36,433 nucleotides of DNA from Bacteroidota bacterium (GCA_015490695.1 WFXK01000024.1:1-36433); one strand, 5' to 3'; positions 26,405-35,660 are shown, counted from the stretch's first letter. The notes: a model not told the origin generated them from the letters alone. Program-made: numbers and translations.

Positions 26405-28999
26405 GTGCGATGGGTAGTGTGTGTTATTGGTGTCTCTTTATTTAGCCAAGTTGCCCCGTGGCAGTATAAGCAATTGCTTTTAAATGAACACGCGCATTGG
26501 AGCTATCCAAGCGTTGTGGTAGATAGTAATGGCGTTATTCATTTATTACTATGGGACAAGCATCAAGATGTTTTACGATACGGCATTTTTGCCTCAGGGC
26601 AATGGCAGTGGCAGACGCTGAATATCAAAGGTGGCTATCCTAATGCCCTCCATATCGGCGAAGATGGAAATCTTTATGCCGCTTTCTTACGGAACGTCAA
26701 TGGCAGAACCCAACCTTGCTGGGCTTATTACGACACTACAGCTCAACAATGGCAAATAGAAATCATAGATACAACCCTTTTCGGTTATTACGGCGAAGAA
26801 GAACGATTTTATAAATACAATATCCAAGCCACTATCAAGACTTATGTAGATAAAAATGGTATTCCTTACGTGGTGTTTTTTGATGATTTTTATGATGATA
26901 GTCGTTTCCTCTTTGGTTTTCAGCCAATTGTTTATAGAAAGGTAGCAGGGCAATGGGAGCGCTATAATTTATTTTCTTTACCCCTTTTTGCTCCGACCTC
27001 AACGCCTAACATCTATGGCACAGAAGCGCAGTTCGATTTCAGTGACCGCTATGGAGAATTTGCTTGTTGGATTCCTTTTAGCGACACCCTTCGCTTTGTC
27101 ACTACTGCTGTGTTTAATGGTATGCTGGTCTTTGTAGAACATCCTTTAAACGCCCCTTGGAGCTCGTGGAGCGTTCGTTATGTAGATTCTGTTATGCGTG
27201 TTGTTCCTTTAGCCGCTTCTGATGATGCTTGGCGAGCTATTTTAATGTTTGAAAGCATAGATGCGAAACAAAGTAACGATTCTCTATGGCACATCGTTTA
27301 TAGTTGTTCTGAGCGCTATGGGAAGTATACTTCAACGGCATCATCGGCTTGGTCCATTTCTTACATGCGTTATGACCCTCGTGTGGATACTTTTTTCATT
27401 CAGTACATCATACCGCCGCCCAGCACTTCTTATTTTAGTAATCTACGTTTGGCTTTAAAGGGCAGGGATACGCTTGTAGTTACTTTTACCGCTCGGGAAC
27501 AGAATGCTTATCAAATAGCGGTTTCTTTTGACAAAGGCAACACATGGAAGGTGCAAACCCTTTATGGAACCCCTGCTCCTGTGGTTCCTGCTCCCGTGGC
27601 GATAGTCAACGATACCCTTCACGTTTTCCTCCAAGATGCTCAAACAGGCGACTTCATCCATGCAATAAAACCTATAGATACTGCTAACACAACTTGGCAA
27701 CTTTATAAATTTTATCAAAACACTGCTATGGGCTCTTTACTACGCTGGGACTATTTTCCAAGTGGCGATACGCTCTATCCCTATTTCTTTCATACAGACC
27801 CTTATAGAAAGCGTATTTTTCTAAGTCAGCCCCATCCAACCTTAGATACCTTGCAACATCAAGAGATAGACGATAGTCTAAAACATTATTTCAGCCTTAG
27901 TTTATCCGTTATGGATTCTCAGCAATTGGTTTTGGGTTATATAGATGGGGTTACGCAGTATCCTAAGATGGCTTGGTATAAGGGGGGAGGGAATTGGATA
28001 AAAGAGGTGATAGATTTCTCTTCTACGGCGACAGAAGTAGCTATAACGGTAGATAGCAGTGGGGTTGTTCATGCGGCGTATGTAGAGGGTATCAATCAGC
28101 GATTACGCTATGCCCGCAGAGATAATATAGGTTGGGTCTATGAGGTAATAGACGACCAAGGAATTCGGGCTGGCGACGGCGTAAAAATCCTGATTCATAA
28201 TCAAATTCCTTATGTTGTTTACCAAAGAAGAATTAGCGGAGATACTGCTATTGCTTGCTTCGCCTACCGCCCACAACCCAATCAATGGATTATAGATACC
28301 ATCCCTTTACCACAAAAAAACGTAGATAAATACTTTGCTTTATCTTTCCATAACGATACCGCCCTTATAGCCATACGCACATGGGATAACGAAATCTACA
28401 TTGCTAAATACTTTAACAACAATTGGCAAATAGAGCAACTACCTTTTATCCCCTTAGGCACCCTTGGAAAAGCAATGAACCTTTATCAAGATTCCTTAGG
28501 CAATCTTTGGCTTTGCTATAGTATTGCTTCCTCTGCTCCTACCATAGGACTTAGTGTCAAAACTCAAAACCAATGGCAACAAATCTTTGTATTTAACCCT
28601 GATAACCTTAGCGAAACGATGCAAATGGTCCTTTACAAAGACCGACTTTACATTGCAGGGCATTTTAATAATCTTGCTAATAGCGGTATTGGTTGGCTTA
28701 CGGCTCCTCTTGATGAGTTGTTTCAACCTATTGGAAGTAGCACTATTAGTCAAATGGGAATACGCTATTTCCGTTGCTATCCCAATCCTTTTCAAGAAAG
28801 CTTTTGGATAGCGTATAATGGAGTTGCACCCCCAGAAGTATACCTTTATAATTTAAATGGTAAAAAAATCCCTATAGACCTACTACAAACAAAACATAAA
28901 TTGAAAGTTACTCCAAAAATTCCTCTTTCAAAAGGATATTATGTTTTAGTCCTGAAAAAGAGGCAACTTTATTGGCAGTGCATCTTAATTAAAAAATAA
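26405..28999 (+). CDS. Uncharacterised secreted repeat protein (probable beta-propeller) with T9SS-type C-terminal sorting domain
   Basis: 864-aa ORF with a GTG start and the signal-like N-terminus MRWVVCVIGVSLFSQ. A blade-like unit recurs (e.g. GVVHAAYVEGINQRLRYARRDNIGWVYEVID). The C-terminus CYPNPFQESFWIAY...VYLYNLNGKKI...GYYVLVLKK is Por_Secre_tail-like. No catalytic motif recognised. Confidence 0.75.
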   Translation: MRWVVCVIGVSLFSQVAPWQYKQLLLNEHAHWSYPSVVVDSNGVIHLLLWDKHQDVLRYGIFASGQWQWQTLNIKGGYPNALHIGEDGNLYAAFLRNVNGRTQPCWAYYDTTAQQWQIEIIDTTLFGYYGEEERFYKYNIQATIKTYVDKNGIPYVVFFDDFYDDSRFLFGFQPIVYRKVAGQWERYNLFSLPLFAPTSTPNIYGTEAQFDFSDRYGEFACWIPFSDTLRFVTTAVFNGMLVFVEHPLNAPWSSWSVRYVDSVMRVVPLAASDDAWRAILMFESIDAKQSNDSLWHIVYSCSERYGKYTSTASSAWSISYMRYDPRVDTFFIQYIIPPPSTSYFSNLRLALKGRDTLVVTFTAREQNAYQIAVSFDKGNTWKVQTLYGTPAPVVPAPVAIVNDTLHVFLQDAQTGDFIHAIKPIDTANTTWQLYKFYQNTAMGSLLRWDYFPSGDTLYPYFFHTDPYRKRIFLSQPHPTLDTLQHQEIDDSLKHYFSLSLSVMDSQQLVLGYIDGVTQYPKMAWYKGGGNWIKEVIDFSSTATEVAITVDSSGVVHAAYVEGINQRLRYARRDNIGWVYEVIDDQGIRAGDGVKILIHNQIPYVVYQRRISGDTAIACFAYRPQPNQWIIDTIPLPQKNVDKYFALSFHNDTALIAIRTWDNEIYIAKYFNNNWQIEQLPFIPLGTLGKAMNLYQDSLGNLWLCYSIASSAPTIGLSVKTQNQWQQIFVFNPDNLSETMQMVLYKDRLYIAGHFNNLANSGIGWLTAPLDELFQPIGSSTISQMGIRYFRCYPNPFQESFWIAYNGVAPPEVYLYNLNGKKIPIDLLQTKHKLKVTPKIPLSKGYYVLVLKKRQLYWQCILIKK

Positions 29000-29008
29000 G
29001 CTCCTAAA

Positions 29009-29022
29009 TTGGATTAATCCAA
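29009..29022. repeat. Perfect 14-bp palindrome TTGGATTAATCCAA flanked by 8-bp direct repeats AATAAGCT
   Basis: Read directly. The palindrome is at 29009-29022 and AATAAGCT occurs at 28995-29002 (spanning the stop codon) and 29024-29031. Function unknown. Confidence 0.6.
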
Positions 29023-29092
29023 CAATAAGCTAAAAATGTAACTTGAATGGATAAGGTTCTAATTATTTTTTTGTAAGAAAAACGCAACAACT

Positions 29093-31861
29093 ATGAAATC
29101 TGCAAAATGTTATTGGCTAATCGGTATTATTTCATTAGCATACGCGTATTTTATTCCCAATAAAGGGCAATGGAGGGATGAACGCATTTTGTTTCAGGCA
29201 CAAAAGGATAATCTAACTATCACTATTTTTCCTAAGGGGGTTCGTTTTTCATTAAAGCGTGTTATTTCAGAAAATGAGTTTTTAATGGCATCGCAACCCC
29301 ATGAAGTAGAATTCCACCATATTTATCTCTATCCTTTGCAGGGAAACCTTGAAAACATTCACTTAGAGGAGCCCTCTTCTTGGTATCATAATTATATTTA
29401 CCCTTGGAAGCGGGCTTATCAAGTACATGGCTACAAACAAATTAGCGTCAAAGGGCTTTATCCTAATATAGATTGGATTCTTTACAGCGATGAAAATGGT
29501 TTTAAGACTACTTTTGTTGTTCATCCTGGAGGGGATGTGAATCAGATCACCTTGGTTTATCACAGCAAGATGCCCCCTATGATTGACAACGGCGACTTAG
29601 TATTTACCACACCCTTAGGTGTTTTCCGAGAGAAAGCCCCTGTAACGATACAAAATCAGCGCATTATTCCAAGTAAGTACTTAATAGAAAAAATAGCGCC
29701 TTTATACGATGGTTTTGCAACCTATGTAAAGATTAAAGTGGGTAGTTACAATACTAATGAGCCTTTGATAATAGACCCTCCTTTGTGGTGGGCAACTTTT
29801 TGGGGCGGTAGCGAGATAGACGGACCTATGAGTAGCACTCTACTTAGTAACGGTGATCTTGTGATGGGTGGATATACTGAGTCTGCGGACGCTCCTTTAG
29901 CAAACCCCGGCAACGGCGCTTATTTCCAGAGCACCCTACCGTGTGGTCTACGGGGGTGCGATGCTCTATTTCTATGGCGCTTTAATTCCCAAGGTGCTCT
30001 TATATGGGCAACGTTCTTTGGAGGTAGCTGGCTTGAGCCTTCTAACGCTTTTGTTACCGCGGATGATAATGATAATATTTACTTCGTAGGTTCAACAATA
30101 TCTCCCGATTTTCCTATCCAATCGTGGGGAGGTGCTTATAATGATAGCATCTTAGATAGCTGCGGCCCAACATGCGGAGTTTGTTACATAATGAACGGTG
30201 ACGACCGATGCATGGGGGCTTTTATTGCTAGATTTAACAGTGCAGGCCAACTAACTTGGTCAACCTTCATAGATGGTGCAGGAAGCGAACAAGCCTTTAG
30301 CGCAGCAACAGATGCTAATGGAAATGTTTATGTTGTCGGTATGACAAGCTCCTTAGACTTCCCTATAGTAGGTGGTAGCTCCTGTAACACCACTAATAAT
30401 AACAATTCAGAAAGATATGATATATTCGTAGTGAAATTCAATAGTAGCGGTCAACTCATTTGGTCCACATGTATCGGTGGCAGGTGGTGGGATGGTGCGT
30501 TTTCCATCAGCGTCTCTCCAGTAGACCAATCCATCTATATCGTTGGATGGAGTGATAGCGATGATTTTCCTATTTATGACCCAGGAAACGGCGCTTTCAT
30601 CCAATTCACCCACGGTGGTGGCTATTTTGACCTCGTTTTAATTAAATTCGATAGTAGTGGAAACCTGATATGGTCAACGTACTATGGCGGTAGTGGTAAT
30701 GAACCTACAACCTATCCCACAGTTCATCCTGTTGCAGGTTACGGAGGTTTCCCTTCAGCGTCTTCCTTAGTGGACAACAATGGAAACTTTTATGTATTAT
30801 TTTCTACTGCAAGTTCTGATTTAAACACAGTTACTCCCCCAGGATTCTATACAGAAAATTATAATGGAGGAATGGAGGTATTCCTTTTAAAGTTTAACAA
30901 CTCTCTACAATTAGAATGGGCTACTTATTTAGGAGGTAGATATAACGATATTGTTACTACTGCGGACAATCTTGCTGTAGACCAGTGTGGGAACCTTTAT
31001 GTTACTTTTGTTACTCATAGTGATGATATGAATACATTGGCGCCTTGTGATGCCTCAGGGTTCTTTGACCCTGCCCGACAAGATAGCGTGGATCTGTTCC
31101 TCATGACTTTCGACCCTAATGGCACACTTCTATGGAGTACTTACATAGGTGGTAATGGATTTGATTGTAGAAATGTTATTGCAATAGCTCCCAACAACCA
31201 TATTTACCTCACAGGAGAATGGGGAAGCGTTAGTGACGACCCTGCTAATGTAACAGGCTATCCTTTAGCCAATCCAGGCGGTGGTGCTTACTTTGACCTT
31301 CCATACAATGGCGCTGACGACGCCTTCGTATTAAAGTTCTTAGATGCCCCATGTATGTGTAGCGTCCTCTCCGCAAACACTATCCAATTAAAAGCAAAAT
31401 ATGAACCCACAACTCAACAAACCATCCTCCAATGGCAAAATACCTTTACTAATCTCCAAGGTAATCATTATTTACAACGCTCTTCCAATCTAAAACAATG
31501 GCAAACCCTTTATCAAACCCACCAAAAAACAGCAACCTATATAGACCACCTGTCTAATAAAGACGCCAAGCAATACTATTACCGAGTAAAATTCGTAACC
31601 CCTACAGGGGAAACGCATTTCTCTAACATAGCCTTTATAGAAATCCCACAGAAGGTATGGCAGTACGAAATCCAAAATCAACAACTGACTATCCATAGTT
31701 ATACGCCATCACCTATCACCATTTACGATGCCTTAGGCAGAAAAATATTCCATACTACTTTAAGTCAAGAACAGCCTTCTATTACGCTTTCTTTACAAAA
31801 AGGGGTTTATCTTATTTATCATCACGCTACTCATGAAGCTAAAAGAGTATTTATCTTTTAA
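29093..31861 (+). CDS. SBBP (beta-propeller repeat) protein with T9SS-type C-terminal sorting domain
   Basis: Repeated units of the form L[IT]W[SA]T[FY].GG ... D..GN.Y..G.T.S.DFP (e.g. DANGNVYVVGMTSSLDFPIVGG, DDNDNIYFVGSTISPDFPI). The N-terminal FIPNKGQW motif is typical of proteins in this family. The C-terminus ITIYDALGRKIF...GVYLIYHH is Por_Secre_tail-like. Confidence 0.85.
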   Translation: MKSAKCYWLIGIISLAYAYFIPNKGQWRDERILFQAQKDNLTITIFPKGVRFSLKRVISENEFLMASQPHEVEFHHIYLYPLQGNLENIHLEEPSSWYHNYIYPWKRAYQVHGYKQISVKGLYPNIDWILYSDENGFKTTFVVHPGGDVNQITLVYHSKMPPMIDNGDLVFTTPLGVFREKAPVTIQNQRIIPSKYLIEKIAPLYDGFATYVKIKVGSYNTNEPLIIDPPLWWATFWGGSEIDGPMSSTLLSNGDLVMGGYTESADAPLANPGNGAYFQSTLPCGLRGCDALFLWRFNSQGALIWATFFGGSWLEPSNAFVTADDNDNIYFVGSTISPDFPIQSWGGAYNDSILDSCGPTCGVCYIMNGDDRCMGAFIARFNSAGQLTWSTFIDGAGSEQAFSAATDANGNVYVVGMTSSLDFPIVGGSSCNTTNNNNSERYDIFVVKFNSSGQLIWSTCIGGRWWDGAFSISVSPVDQSIYIVGWSDSDDFPIYDPGNGAFIQFTHGGGYFDLVLIKFDSSGNLIWSTYYGGSGNEPTTYPTVHPVAGYGGFPSASSLVDNNGNFYVLFSTASSDLNTVTPPGFYTENYNGGMEVFLLKFNNSLQLEWATYLGGRYNDIVTTADNLAVDQCGNLYVTFVTHSDDMNTLAPCDASGFFDPARQDSVDLFLMTFDPNGTLLWSTYIGGNGFDCRNVIAIAPNNHIYLTGEWGSVSDDPANVTGYPLANPGGGAYFDLPYNGADDAFVLKFLDAPCMCSVLSANTIQLKAKYEPTTQQTILQWQNTFTNLQGNHYLQRSSNLKQWQTLYQTHQKTATYIDHLSNKDAKQYYYRVKFVTPTGETHFSNIAFIEIPQKVWQYEIQNQQLTIHSYTPSPITIYDALGRKIFHTTLSQEQPSITLSLQKGVYLIYHHATHEAKRVFIF

Positions 31862-32061
31862 CGCTTTTTTCTTCCTCCCCAAAGTCGCCACATGCCCATA
31901 GTCAAAGCAACTGCCATAGAGACTAATAAAATCCATTGCTCTTCTTCGGAAGCCTTTCCTGTTAAATACCAATAAAGAAAAAAGGCGCCTATTCCAAACC
32001 ACATAAGGGATAAGTAACGACTTATCATTTTAGTTACTGCTAAAATGTTATAAATTTGCAA
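31858..32061 (-). CDS. Hypothetical small membrane protein (two predicted TM helices)
   Basis: 67-aa ORF with two hydrophobic stretches (LSLMWFGIGAFFLYWYL and WILLVSMAVALTMGMW) and a basic tail GGRKKR. There are no Cys residues. The start is uncertain (M1 at 32061 or M12 at 32028). No homology is evident to me. Confidence 0.35.
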   Translation of the reverse strand: MQIYNILAVTKMISRYLSLMWFGIGAFFLYWYLTGKASEEEQWILLVSMAVALTMGMWRLWGGRKKR

Positions 32062-32084
32062 GCAAGTTAAAAAGTATTCAACTT

Positions 32085-33611
32085 ATGCAAAAGTGGGAGA
32101 TTAAAATTGATGGGATGTCGTGTGTTGGGTGTCAGCACACCATAGAAGCCGCTTTGGCGAAAGAGAACATTCCTATTTATTATTTAAACTGGCAGCAGGG
32201 AAAGGGGCTGATTGCTACGGACGATATTGCTAAGGTCAAACGATTATTAAGTGCCCATTCGTATCGTTTAGTAGATTTTCGTCCCAGTAATCATCTTCCT
32301 TTTGTGGTGATTGGTTCGGGTTCGGCAGCTTTTGCTGCGGCTATAGAAGCTCGTAAACAACAGACTTCTGTTACTTTAGTTAGCGGTCCGCTTTTTGGTG
32401 GCACTTGCGTCAACATCGGCTGCATACCTAGTAAATTCCTCATCCATAACGCTAATAAACTCCCATGGAGGGAACTCCAACAAAAAAAACAACAATTGAT
32501 TGAACAACTTAGAACCACAAAATACGAACAAGTAGCCAAAAAATGGGGAATTTCCATCGTTTCGGGCAGATGCCGCTTTAAAGATGCCCATCATCTTTTT
32601 ATCGATGATGAACTTTTTTCTTTTGATACTGCCATCATTGCAACGGGTGCTAAACCCTTCACCCCCAACATTGCAGGCTTAGAACAGATAGCTTTTTGGC
32701 ATAGTACACAAGCATTGGACGCAGAAAAACCTCCTAAATCGCTTTGTGTCATAGGTGGTAATGCTATCGGCTTGGAATTAGGACAACTATTTCAAAGAGT
32801 TCAATCACAAGTTTATCTTATTGAGCAACAAGCAACAATTGCACCTTTTGAGGAAAAAGAAGTCAGCCAATTTTTAACGCAGCAGCTTCAAAAAGAAGGA
32901 ATGCAAATTTATTGTAGTGCTCAAGTAAGACACGTTCAAAAAAATGGTGATAACATAAAGGTTGTTTTTACTCAAAAGGGTAGCGATAAAACGATTGAGG
33001 TAGAGCAACTCCTTATTGCTACGGGCGTTCAAGGCAATACAAAAGATTTGAATTTGGAAAGTGCAGGCATTCGCACCGATACTAAAGGATTTATTGTGGT
33101 AGATGAATATTTGCGTACTACGAATCCTAAGGTTTATGCTGCTGGAGATGTGACCACTTATCCTAAGTGGGTTTATTTAGCAGCTGCAATGGGACGGACC
33201 GCTGCTAACAACGCTTTGAATAACAATTTAATGCCATTTTCTTTTAATACGGTTGCTCATGTTATTTTTACTGACCCGCCTTTGGCAAGCGCTGGGAAAT
33301 ATACTTATGAGCTTCCTCAAGCCCAAGCTTTTGTGTTTGACGTTGCCGATGTGCCTCGGAGCATTATCACAGGCGAACAGGGAATCTTGAAGTTTGTTTG
33401 TTCCTCTGATGAAAAAACTATTTTAGGTGTTCACCTATGCATGCCTCATGCCGACTCTTTAATCTTTGCTGCACAACTATTAGTTCACTGTGGTGTACGC
33501 CTTGAAGAGCTACAAAACACCTTAATTCCGTATTTAACCTTTGCAGAGAGTTTCCGATTAGCTGCACAAAGCGTTGATGTTCCTGTAGATGCTTTGAGTT
33601 GTTGTGCTTAG
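32085..33611 (+). CDS. merA: Mercuric reductase with N-terminal HMA (NmerA) domain
   Basis: HMA motif GMSCVGC (Cys13/Cys16), FAD fold VVIGSGSAAFAAA, redox-active disulfide GGTCVNIGCIPSK (Cys108/Cys113), and the C-terminal vicinal cysteine pair LSCCA characteristic of MerA. Confidence 0.83.
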   Translation: MQKWEIKIDGMSCVGCQHTIEAALAKENIPIYYLNWQQGKGLIATDDIAKVKRLLSAHSYRLVDFRPSNHLPFVVIGSGSAAFAAAIEARKQQTSVTLVSGPLFGGTCVNIGCIPSKFLIHNANKLPWRELQQKKQQLIEQLRTTKYEQVAKKWGISIVSGRCRFKDAHHLFIDDELFSFDTAIIATGAKPFTPNIAGLEQIAFWHSTQALDAEKPPKSLCVIGGNAIGLELGQLFQRVQSQVYLIEQQATIAPFEEKEVSQFLTQQLQKEGMQIYCSAQVRHVQKNGDNIKVVFTQKGSDKTIEVEQLLIATGVQGNTKDLNLESAGIRTDTKGFIVVDEYLRTTNPKVYAAGDVTTYPKWVYLAAAMGRTAANNALNNNLMPFSFNTVAHVIFTDPPLASAGKYTYELPQAQAFVFDVADVPRSIITGEQGILKFVCSSDEKTILGVHLCMPHADSLIFAAQLLVHCGVRLEELQNTLIPYLTFAESFRLAAQSVDVPVDALSCCA

Positions 33612-33775
33612 CATTTTATGCAATTAAATCTACTTTTTGCGCTTTTTATCCAAATTATCTATTTAAGTTCTTTTCTACTTTCATTCTAAGCGCTAATAAC
33701 GCAGTTTATCACAGCAACCATTTTCCCTAACAGACTTCTGTAAAATGCTAAGGGCTTTTTCTAACTTCGCCAACG

Positions 33776-34912
33776 ATGCAAAAAGACAAACTACCCGAAG
33801 TAGGGACAACGATTTTCACCGTAATGACCTCCTTAGCACAACAACATAACGCTATCAACCTATCCCAAGGCTTTCCTGATTTCCCATGCGATAAAGCCCT
33901 TAAAAAAGCCGTTCAAAAACGAATAGAAAAAGATTATAATCAATATGCTCCTATGGCAGGAGTTGAAATCCTAAGGAAACGCATTCAAAAAATTTGTCAA
34001 GAGCACTATGGTGTTCATTACGACTGGGAAAAGGAAATCACTATTACAGTAGGAGCAACAGAAGGGCTTTTCTGCGCTATTGCCGCAGTGGTCCACCCAA
34101 ATGACGAAGTCATTTTATTTGAACCTGCTTACGACAGCTACGCGCCCGTTGTTAAACTCTTCGGCGGTAAAATCGTCCCTATCGCCCTCTATCCCCCTGA
34201 TTTCCAAATACCTTGGGAAACCCTTAAAGAAAAAATCTCTTCAAAAACCAAACTCATTATTCTAAACACACCGCATAACCCCATTGCAAAAGTATGGACA
34301 CAAGAAGAAATAGAACAACTATGGCAGCTCATCAAAGGACGAAACATCTTTGTAATTTCTGACGAAGTTTATGAATATATTGCTTTTGTTCCTTTTTTTT
34401 CCGTACGACAACATTCGCAACTTAGAGAACGAAGTTTTATTGTTGGCTCTTTTGGAAAAAGCTTGCATGTAACAGGTTGGAAAGTAGGCTATGTCTTAGC
34501 TCCCGAACCCCTAACCACCTTATTGCGGAAAATCCATCAGTTTACTCCTTTTTGTGTCAGCACTCCTTTACAATACGGAATTGCAGATTACTTAACAACG
34601 CACCCTGACTTCTACCAAAAAACCTTACAACTCTATGAACGAAAGCGTAAGCTATTTTTAAATCTTTTAAAAGAAACGCGCTTTGAACCCTTGAACTGTC
34701 AAGGAACCTATTTTATGCTATTACGCTACGGACACATCAGCACTATGGATGACGTAGCTTTTAGCCAATATTTAACTAAAGAAGTAGGCGTTGCAGTGAT
34801 TCCAATTTCGGTTTTCTATTCTGGAAACTATTCCGATAACATCATACGGATTTGTTTTGCAAAACAAGATGAAGTTTTAATCGCAGCAGCAAAGCGATTA
34901 GCGACTTTGTAA
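33776..34912 (+). CDS. Class I/II pyridoxal-phosphate aminotransferase (methionine/kynurenine aminotransferase YbdL-like)
   Basis: NLSQGFPDF near the N-terminus, LNTPHNP, and the PLP-lysine context SFGKSLHVTGWKVGY. Confidence 0.87.
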   Translation: MQKDKLPEVGTTIFTVMTSLAQQHNAINLSQGFPDFPCDKALKKAVQKRIEKDYNQYAPMAGVEILRKRIQKICQEHYGVHYDWEKEITITVGATEGLFCAIAAVVHPNDEVILFEPAYDSYAPVVKLFGGKIVPIALYPPDFQIPWETLKEKISSKTKLIILNTPHNPIAKVWTQEEIEQLWQLIKGRNIFVISDEVYEYIAFVPFFSVRQHSQLRERSFIVGSFGKSLHVTGWKVGYVLAPEPLTTLLRKIHQFTPFCVSTPLQYGIADYLTTHPDFYQKTLQLYERKRKLFLNLLKETRFEPLNCQGTYFMLLRYGHISTMDDVAFSQYLTKEVGVAVIPISVFYSGNYSDNIIRICFAKQDEVLIAAAKRLATL

Positions 34913-34936
34913 AATGCTATCTTCTTTTTACCTTTG
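34906..34936 (+). promoter_or_regulatory. Bacteroidota-type promoter (TTTG-N19-TACCTTTG)
   Basis: -33 TTTG at 34906-34909 (inside the end of the aminotransferase CDS) and -7 TACCTTTG at 34929-34936, 24 nt upstream of the ATG at 34961. Confidence 0.45.
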
Positions 34937-34960
34937 CGGCAGAATTAAAATGGAAATGTC

Positions 34961-35635
34961 ATGAAATTGCTACGACGTATCGCCGTTGCATGCATTGTAG
35001 GAACCTTCGTTTATGCTCAGCAGGGTGTGCAACTGGGCTTGGGTATCTCTCCCGCCATTACCTTCAGCAGAACCATGCAAAAAGACACTACCGACGGAAG
35101 CTTCGTAGAAGCTTACAAAGCGAACGGGTTTGGATTTAAAGGTGGGCTATTGCTTAACTTAGGCATCACCGATAACTACGGATTCTTCTCAGGAATCCAA
35201 CTCTTTTTAAGAAACTTCAAAAACAAAGACAGCGTAAACACACAGCTTTCTATGCTCACCGTAGAAATTCCTCTCTCTTTCCGTCTTAGAACCAATGAAA
35301 TCGGTAGTGGACTCCACATCACAGGACAATTTGGTGCCTCTGCAGACATCAACGTAGATGCACGACACAAAGTAGGTGGAAAGAAAATCCAAGTAGATAA
35401 ATACTATGACATTGTTAGCTTCACCTTCCTCGTAGGTGCCGGCGTAGAATTTGACTTAGAATTCGGACGTATATTAGCAGGTATATCTTATCACTTAGGG
35501 ATCACTGATTTTATCCGTCAAAACTACGAAGAAACCATCACACTTCCTAATGGCCAAACTCAAAAAGTTAAACCATTTGAAAACATTAAAACTATTCCCT
35601 CTCATATCGCTTTGGATTTAGGTTTCTTCTTCTAA
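34961..35635 (+). CDS. Outer-membrane beta-barrel protein (PorT/OMP_b-brl_2-like porin family)
   Basis: Signal peptide MKLLRRIAVACIVGTFVYAQQ, alternating amphipathic beta-strand pattern and the terminal aromatic motif LDLGFFF. Confidence 0.72.
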   Translation: MKLLRRIAVACIVGTFVYAQQGVQLGLGISPAITFSRTMQKDTTDGSFVEAYKANGFGFKGGLLLNLGITDNYGFFSGIQLFLRNFKNKDSVNTQLSMLTVEIPLSFRLRTNEIGSGLHITGQFGASADINVDARHKVGGKKIQVDKYYDIVSFTFLVGAGVEFDLEFGRILAGISYHLGITDFIRQNYEETITLPNGQTQKVKPFENIKTIPSHIALDLGFFF

Positions 35636-35660
35636 ACATTCATTGCTATACCATATAACC

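Noticed and set aside
33612-33775. The longest non-coding gap (164 nt, upstream of the aminotransferase) as a possible riboswitch or sRNA.
   Set aside because: The gap is AT-rich with only 3-4-bp self-complementary stretches (GCAT-TTT-ATGC, AGCGCT). I could identify no conserved riboswitch core, no terminator/antiterminator pair and no promoter motif.
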